A DNA stretch of 64,000 nucleotides. Origin: Dictyostelium discoideum. Its lineage: Eukaryota. The stretch lies in the NCBI GenBank assembly GCA_000004695.1, contig CM000153.2:2176001-2240000 (forward strand). Reading direction: 5' to 3'. Below, in pieces: positions 57,506-64,000 of this stretch. The position numbers and the translations under genes are program-made. Each line of letters opens with the position of its first letter. Position 1 is the first letter of the stretch. The notes beneath the pieces were generated by a model. It saw nothing but the letters and a program-made list of their open reading frames with translations. It searched no databases and was not told the origin of the DNA.

Positions 57506-59120
57506 TTATTATTATTGTTATTAAGATTTAAATTTTGATGATTATAAACTCTTATATGACGAGAAAAGATATCTTGATGATGTTTATCATAAGCTGAAGA
57601 AGAAATTAAATCGAAATGAGGTGGTGTTGTTACAGTTGAATTTGAATTATTTTGATCATTACCAATACTATTATTATTTGAATTATTATTATTATTTAGA
57701 TTATTTAGATTATTTAGATTATTTAGATTTAAATTAAATAAAGGTGAAGAAGAAGAAGGATAAAGATTAGTTGGAGAAGAAGAAGGTGAAAAATCAAATG
57801 TTGGTTGTTCTGGTGATGTATTTGTTGAACTTGGTTGAGGTGCATTTTCAGCAATACCAATACTACAATTATGAATTGTATTTGTATTGATGTTGGTAAT
57901 GATTGTATTTCTATTTTTAAAGTGATTAAATAATTTTTCAAATAATGATTTACTTGTTGAATCATAAAAAGTTTTAAAATGGTCACCTTTTACAAATGAC
58001 CATCCATTTACATCACAAACATAAGAGATACCATTAACACGTAATATATCGAAACCACATACAAATTGTTTAAATGCTTTATTAATCTTAAAGGAAATAT
58101 TAACTTCTTGGTCGGATAAATTTGTCACTGATCTCTTTTCTTTACCCATTGTCGTTCTTTCAACAAAACCATCAACTGATGGTGATTTTCTTAATTCAGA
58201 GTATGAAAAAGATTTGGTTGAATAAATTTTTACATCTTTAAAATCATCAATTTTTAAAAATTCTTCATATGTATATGATCCTTTATCTCTAATTGTATTT
58301 ACTAAAAAAAAAAAAAAAAAAAAAAAAAAAAGATTTTAGATTAATAATTTTTTATTTTATTTTACAAAATTAAAATTAAAATTAAAAAAAATACTTTACT
58401 ATCATTAAAATAATCACTTGAATTATTACCAACTTTTCGAAATAATTTTCTACAACCACCACCTTGAGATTTTGGATAATAGATATAATTATTATGATCA
58501 TCAGAATTGAATGGTTTCTCTATGAATGGTTTATAGATACGATTACCATTGACTTCAATGTAATCATCTGATTGATTAAAATTTGGTGTTATTAGATTAT
58601 TTGTAATTGGATCACGTAATACATATAAACTCTTTGGGCATGGTATATTATTATCTTCTAATATTTTATTTACTTTTTGTCTATCTTGTAATAATAATTG
58701 TAATTCAAGATCATTTACAAGATATGGCCTTCTCAATTTCCAATATCTAATTGCTTTTTCCAATGGAAATCCATTTGAATAAAAACTTAAAAAACTATCT
58801 ACAATTGGCCATTCTTGAATTGGTAAATTAAAAATCGTATTTGAATCAAATTCAATTATCTCTAATTCTTTAAATTCTTTTAATTTTTTTATAAAATATT
58901 TCATAACATTACATCTATTATTAATAAAAAAAAAAAAAATTTAAAAAAAAAAAAATAAAAAAAAAAAAATTAAATGTTAATTATTTTTTTTAAACTTATT
59001 TATATATAATTATTTTTATTTTTATTTTCATTATTACTATTATTATTATTATTAAATAAAAAATAAACCTTACTTTAATTTTTCTTCCATACAACAAATA
59101 CCTAAAGATATTTTAGCCAT
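57409..59120 (-). CDS. PPIP5K/Vip1-like inositol pyrophosphate kinase with an ATP-grasp kinase domain only and no histidine-acid-phosphatase domain. Model is complement(join(57409..58301,58400..58914,59074..59120)).
   Basis: The protein is colinear with the human PPIP5K1/2 N-terminal kinase domain: MAKISLGICCMEEKLK|KCNVMKYFIKKLKEFKELEIIEFDSNTIFNLPIQEWPIVDSFLSFYSNGFPLEKAIRYWKLRRPYLVNDLELQLLLQDRQKV...[113 protein letters not shown]...AFKQFVCGFDILRVNGISYVCDVNGWSFVKGDHFKTFYD. It then continues as an N/S-rich tail to the stop at 57409. Introns are GTAAGG...AATAATAG and GTAAAG...TTTTTTAG. Confidence 0.8.
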
Positions 59121-59499
59121 TTTTTTTTATTATTATTTTTTTTTTTTTTTTTTTTAAATAAATATTTTTTATTTTTTTTCTTTAAAAAAATGAATAAATA
59201 AAATTAAGTTGGTATCTAATTTTTTAAAAAAAATAGTGAATAATTAAAAAAAAAAAAAAAAAATTATTATTTTGTTTAGAAAAAAAAAAAATAAAAAATA
59301 AAAAATTAATAAATATAGGGAAAAAAAAATTATAATTAGTAAATAGATTTAAAATATAAATATTATTTATTTGATAGGGTATTGATGATTATTTATTTTT
59401 TTTTTAAAAAAAAATAAAAATAAAAATAAAAAAAAATAAAAAAAAAAATAAAAAATATAAAAACATACATAAATATTTTTTGATGTAGATATTGATATC

Positions 59500-59534
<35 letters not shown>

Positions 59535-60136
59535 AAGAAAAATAATATTGTTATTAATATGAATTTTGATTTTTTTAATAATATAGATTTTTTTTTTTTT
59601 TATTATAAAAATAAAATGGATTTTCCTTTTGAATCTGATTAAATAAATAAAGGTGAATAACAAATAATAGAAACACGATTATTTGTTTTTTTTTTTGGTT
59701 TTTTTTTACTCAGTTGTGTAAGAAAAAAAATAAAAAAATATAAAAAAAAAAAGTAATAATTTTAATATTATTATAAACTAAGTGTGAAGAGAAGAATAAA
59801 ACTAAACATAATTTTATAATTTTAAAATATTTCTGTGTTTGATGTGGTAAATTTGCTGACTACTTTATAATAATTTGTATTTTTTTTTTTTTTAATTTTT
59901 TCAGTTATTCTAATTTAGTGAGAAACTGGTGTATGTGTTGATTTTTTTTTTTTTTTTTTTTTTGAAATTTATTTGCAAATACTAATGTGGTGAGGGGTGA
60001 AGGGGGTATTAAATTGTTGAATTATACAGATTTTATCGTTTAGATTGAATGGTAATCAATGATATTGTTATTATCGCCATCATAATAATTATTAAAATTA
60101 TTATAATGTCTATGATTTTAAGTTTATTTTTTAGTT

Positions 60137-60176
<40 letters not shown>

Positions 60177-60372
60177 AATTACTTGTTGTTTGTGGTGTGA
60201 AATCAAAAAAAAAATAAAATAAAATAAAAATAAAATAAAAAAATAACCACCAATGCAAGTAAATGTTATTGTTGTAGTTTTAAGAAATTAAGACCACATC
60301 TACTGAATTTAGAAATTAAACACAAAGTTTGGATGTAGACATTTTTTATCGATATTATGTATTCCAATATTA

Positions 60373-60406
<34 letters not shown>

Positions 60407-61276
60407 CATCACAATTATTGTTTTATTAAATTAGTTTTTTCAACTATTATCGTAAAATTTGGAAGTTGTGTTATTATACAAGAACATATGTTGCTGCTAT
60501 TAATAGTTATTATTTTAAATAATAATTAGTTGTTTTTATATGGGTGTGTGTGGTGTGATGTGGTGAATATAAAATTTATACAATTTTCAAATTTATTTGT
60601 TTGTTACCACTATATAACTTGATTTTTTGTTTTTTTTTTTGTTTTTTTTTTTTGTTTTTTTTTTGAAAATTTTAAAAAAAAAAAAAAATTTTAAATTGAA
60701 ATAATAAAATGAAATAATAATAAATAACAAAAAAATCGATATGTTGTGGGAAAATAAAAAAAAAAGTAAAATAAAAAAAAAAAAAAAAAAAATATTAAAA
60801 TTTAAAATAAAAACAAAAAAATAAAAAGAAAAAATTTCAAATTAAAAAAAAAAATAAAATAAAAAAAAAAATAATATCCTGATAACAATTGAAATTGAAT
60901 TGGAGGGGTAAATTTGCAACTGGGAAAATTTTTACCGTACTTACACTATTTCATCAAAAAAAAAAAATCTAAAAATAAAAAAAAAAAAAAAAAAAAAAGT
61001 TTTTTATATATTAATTTTTATAAATATTATTTATAATTTTTGATCGGTATTGTTTTTTTTAAAAATCATATTTTTGTTTTCTGTGCCAAGGTTAAAAAAA
61101 AAATTTAAAAAAAAAAAAAAAAAAAAACCTTTTTAAAAAAAATTAAAAAAAAATTTTTAAAAATTAAAAAAAAAAAAATTTAAAAAAAAAAAAAAATTTA
61201 AAAAAAAAGTTTTCATGTGCCTCCCCAAATGTATTTTTAAAGGGATATTTCTTTTACTTTTATTTACCCATAAATA

Positions 61277-61326
<50 letters not shown>

Positions 61327-61634
61327 GAACAAACTCCTGTTTTGGATTGCAGATTATCTTTTTTTTTTTTTTAAAAAACAATAATAAATAAATATTATTA
61401 TTTCATATATATATATTTTTTTTTTTTTTTTTTTTAATTTTTGGTCGAACCTTGCCAAAATTGTAACATTGTTGGTTTGGTATTAATTTATTTTTATTAT
61501 TGATTGGTTAGTTAATTTTTTTTTTTTTTTTTTTTTTTTCTTGACCTGAAAAATGATTTTTTTTTTATTTTTCTTGATCTCAAAAATGGTTTTTAGATTT
61601 ACAAATTTTTTTTTTTTTTTTTACTTTTTTTTTT

Positions 61635-62396
61635 TTAAAGTTGGATTGCAGACTGTCTTCTTGAAGTTGATCTTGAACCACCTTGAGAAGTGAAATTTGG
61701 AGTATTTTGAGCAGAAGGTGGTCTGGATTGTTGACGTGGAGTTGATGTTACAACAGTTTCAGGAGCAGCATCCATTGAGAAACCAGAGAATGTATTTGAA
61801 ATGAATTTACTAAAGAATGAGGATGATTTTGGAGATTCCTCATAACCTTCACCTTCTAAATAAGTTTCACCAATTGGTGATAATGATCCAGATTCAAATT
61901 GATCACTACCTCCTTCCCTTGGTGTCATACTACCACGTGGTGTTTGACGTGGTGTTTGACGTGGAGTTTGACGTGGAGTATTCTTTACACTTCCAGATGG
62001 TGTTGATTTCATTGATGATGTCGACAATGTACTTTTTAATGTTGGTGTTGTTGGTGATAATGTTTTACCTGATTTCTTGGAAACTGAATCACTACCTGAT
62101 AAAGTTGTAGTTGTAGTAGTTGGTGAGGTTGTTGTTGATGATGATGGTGATGGCGATGATGATGAAGATGGAGATGGTGGTGAAGTTGTTGTGATTTTTG
62201 GAGTTGATGGTGCTTTTTCACCACTTTTATCATGTTTATCATGTTTATTATTTTTATCAGATTTATTGACGGTAGGAGAATTTGGAGCACTAGCAAAGTC
62301 CAAGCTAACTTGATGTTCCATGTCTACATTTTTTTCTTCATTATTTCTATCAATTGATGATAATGATCTTAATCTACTTAAAATTGGAACTTTCAT
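61635..62396 (-). CDS. Ser/Thr/Pro-rich low-complexity protein of 253 aa with TPRQ repeats. It may have further exons.
   Basis: The ORF runs from MKVPILSRLRSLSSIDRNNEEKNVDMEHQ... to ...SRRQSAIQL* and includes (TPRQ)x3 and long S/T/P runs. The coding strand is GC-richer than its surroundings. No recognisable domain. Confidence 0.45.
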   Translation of the reverse strand: MKVPILSRLRSLSSIDRNNEEKNVDMEHQVSLDFASAPNSPTVNKSDKNNKHDKHDKSGEKAPSTPKITTTSPPSPSSSSSPSPSSSTTTSPTTTTTTLSGSDSVSKKSGKTLSPTTPTLKSTLSTSSMKSTPSGSVKNTPRQTPRQTPRQTPRGSMTPREGGSDQFESGSLSPIGETYLEGEGYEESPKSSSFFSKFISNTFSGFSMDAAPETVVTSTPRQQSRPPSAQNTPNFTSQGGSRSTSRRQSAIQL

Positions 62397-64000
62397 TTTT
62401 TAATTTTTTATTTTTTTATTATTTACAAATTTACAAATTTATTTTTTTGTTTATAGTTTTACAAATATATTTAAAAATATATATTATTTCGATGATTATT
62501 GAGTTTATTATTTAATTTAATAAATTAATAAATGATGTTGATTTAAAAAATTAAAAAATTATTATTTTAAAGTAAAAAAAAAAAAATAATAAAAATAAAT
62601 GTTTTATTTAAAATTAATTAAATATAAAATTTTTTTTTTTTTTTTTAATTATAATAATGTGATGTGGTGTTATTATTATTGGTTTTTTTTTTTTTTTGAT
62701 GAGATTTAATTTTGCTAAAAACTATTAAATTAATTGTTTTTTTTTTTTTATTAATTTATTTTTATTAATTATTTTTTTATTGTTGTTTTTGTTGTTGTTG
62801 TTGTGGTTGTTGTTGTTTTTTTTTGGTATAATTTATTAAAATAGCCAAAAAGTGGAAGTGGTTTTTTTTTTTTTTTTTTGGGGTTTTATCTTGAAATGGT
62901 GTGGGGAAAAGTTGAGTGAATATGTGGTGCTTAATAAGTGGTGTAGTTTGTTAATGTGGGGTATTATAAAAAAAATTTTAAAATATTTGATAATTTATTT
63001 GAAATTTTAAAAAAATAATAGAAATTTAATAATTTTATAAAAGCAAAAAAAAAAAAAAAAAATTAATTTTGGTTTAAAAAAAAAAAAATAATATTATTGG
63101 TTCCTTGGTTGTTTATTATTTTAATTTTTTTATTGGTATTTTTGTGGTAGTTATCTATCTAATTAATTTTGAATAATTATTTGAAATTGAAAGAAAAAAA
63201 AAAAAAATAATTAAATAATTAAATATTAAAAAATTTTAAATCAGTTTTAAATCAAAAATATAAAAAAACAAAAAAAAAAAAAAAATAATATTAAATCAAA
63301 ATTAATTTTTTTTATTTTTTTTTTTTTTTTTATTTTTTATTTTTTTTTTTTTTTTTTTTTTTTTTTGTAATAATATTAATAAATGTCAATCATCACAAGT
63401 TAACCACACACAAACACACCAAAGTTTGCTCCTTCTATTCAAGAATCTTTTTTACATTAAAATATTAAGTCGATTTACAAAAATTTTGATGCAAAATCTC
63501 AAAGGTGACTGGGTTTTAAAATTGCATGAAATTTTTTTTTTTTGAGATTTTTGTGTGGGATTGATATTTGTTTTTATTTTTATTTTTAATTTTATTTTTT
63601 AATTTTTGATTTTTTTTTTTTTTTTTTTCTTATCACAATATAAAAAAAAAAAAAAAAACAACTACACAAAAGACAAATAACCCATCAAATCATATTTTAA
63701 GCGTGTGATTCTTTATGGTGGAGATTGAAAAGTAATATAAAAAAATATGGCTTATGAAAAATATACTGGTGTAACTCGCTATTGGTTGTTGTTGATTTAT
63801 TGAATCAATACTTTAAAATTAATTCTATTATTAATGTTCGTTTTTTTTTAATTTTATTTTATTTTATTTTTTCATACTCGATTATATTATGTGTGTTAAA
63901 TCAATAAAATAAAAATAAAAAAAATAAAAAAATAATTATAACCCCTCCTTTCACTTTAACCCACTCTCAACTACCTAAAAAAAAAATTATAACCATACAC

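Noticed and set aside
61320-61660. Repeated 'ggattgcaga' motif (61343-61352, 61644-61653) near the 3' end of the S/T-rich gene, considered as alternative terminal exons.
   Set aside because: It is only a 10-mer repeat, and there is no frame or splice support.

Overview
This window is very AT-rich eukaryotic nuclear DNA with the signature of Dictyostelium discoideum. That reading rests on poly-Asn/Gln coding tracts, (AAT)n and (CAA)n microsatellites, long homopolymer runs in intergenic DNA, and short AT-rich introns bounded by GTAAGT/GTATGT/GTAAAT ... (T-rich)AG. There are four 100-nt N gaps at 2481-2580, 19412-19511, 24851-24950 and 45003-45102. About 18 protein-coding genes are supported, most of them multi-exon, and I rebuilt the exon structures by hand from splice consensus plus reading-frame and homology continuity. 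In order they are: a NOT2-like CCR4-NOT subunit (-), a small 3-exon hypothetical (+), a CID/RPR-domain protein (+), glycyl-tRNA synthetase (+), a Frizzled/Smoothened-like 7TM receptor (+), an FHA plus Tudor-like protein (+), a polyQ/polyN C2H2 zinc-finger protein (-), COP9 signalosome CSN5 (-), a RING-H2 E3 (+), CK2 beta (-), a DHHC palmitoyltransferase (+), a PMCA-like P-type Ca-ATPase (+), a ~1430-aa type-I membrane glycoprotein with one EGF-like module (+), a kinase-only PPIP5K/Vip1-like protein (-) and an S/T/P-rich protein (-). The stretch 17.1-27.0 kb is a ~10 kb gene desert of homopolymers and microsatellites that contains a ~310-bp direct duplication. The stretch 27.5-29.3 kb looks like a degenerate coding remnant. 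The most unusual region is 44.1-51.8 kb, a mobile-element hot spot arranged as an inverted duplication. It holds two identical tRNA-Ser(GCU) genes in opposite orientation, each with a downstream external B box. Each has TRE5-like non-LTR retroelement fragments abutting its 5' flank: three tandem internally deleted copies on the left arm and one inverted copy with a GC-rich 5' module on the right arm. Each arm also has an array of ~40-bp tandem repeats that reproduce the tRNA 5' end, including the A-box. The unique centre between the arms carries a degenerate HNH-endonuclease-like ORF. I see no prokaryote-type system such as CRISPR, operons or defence islands; the candidates for something new are listed in the findings.
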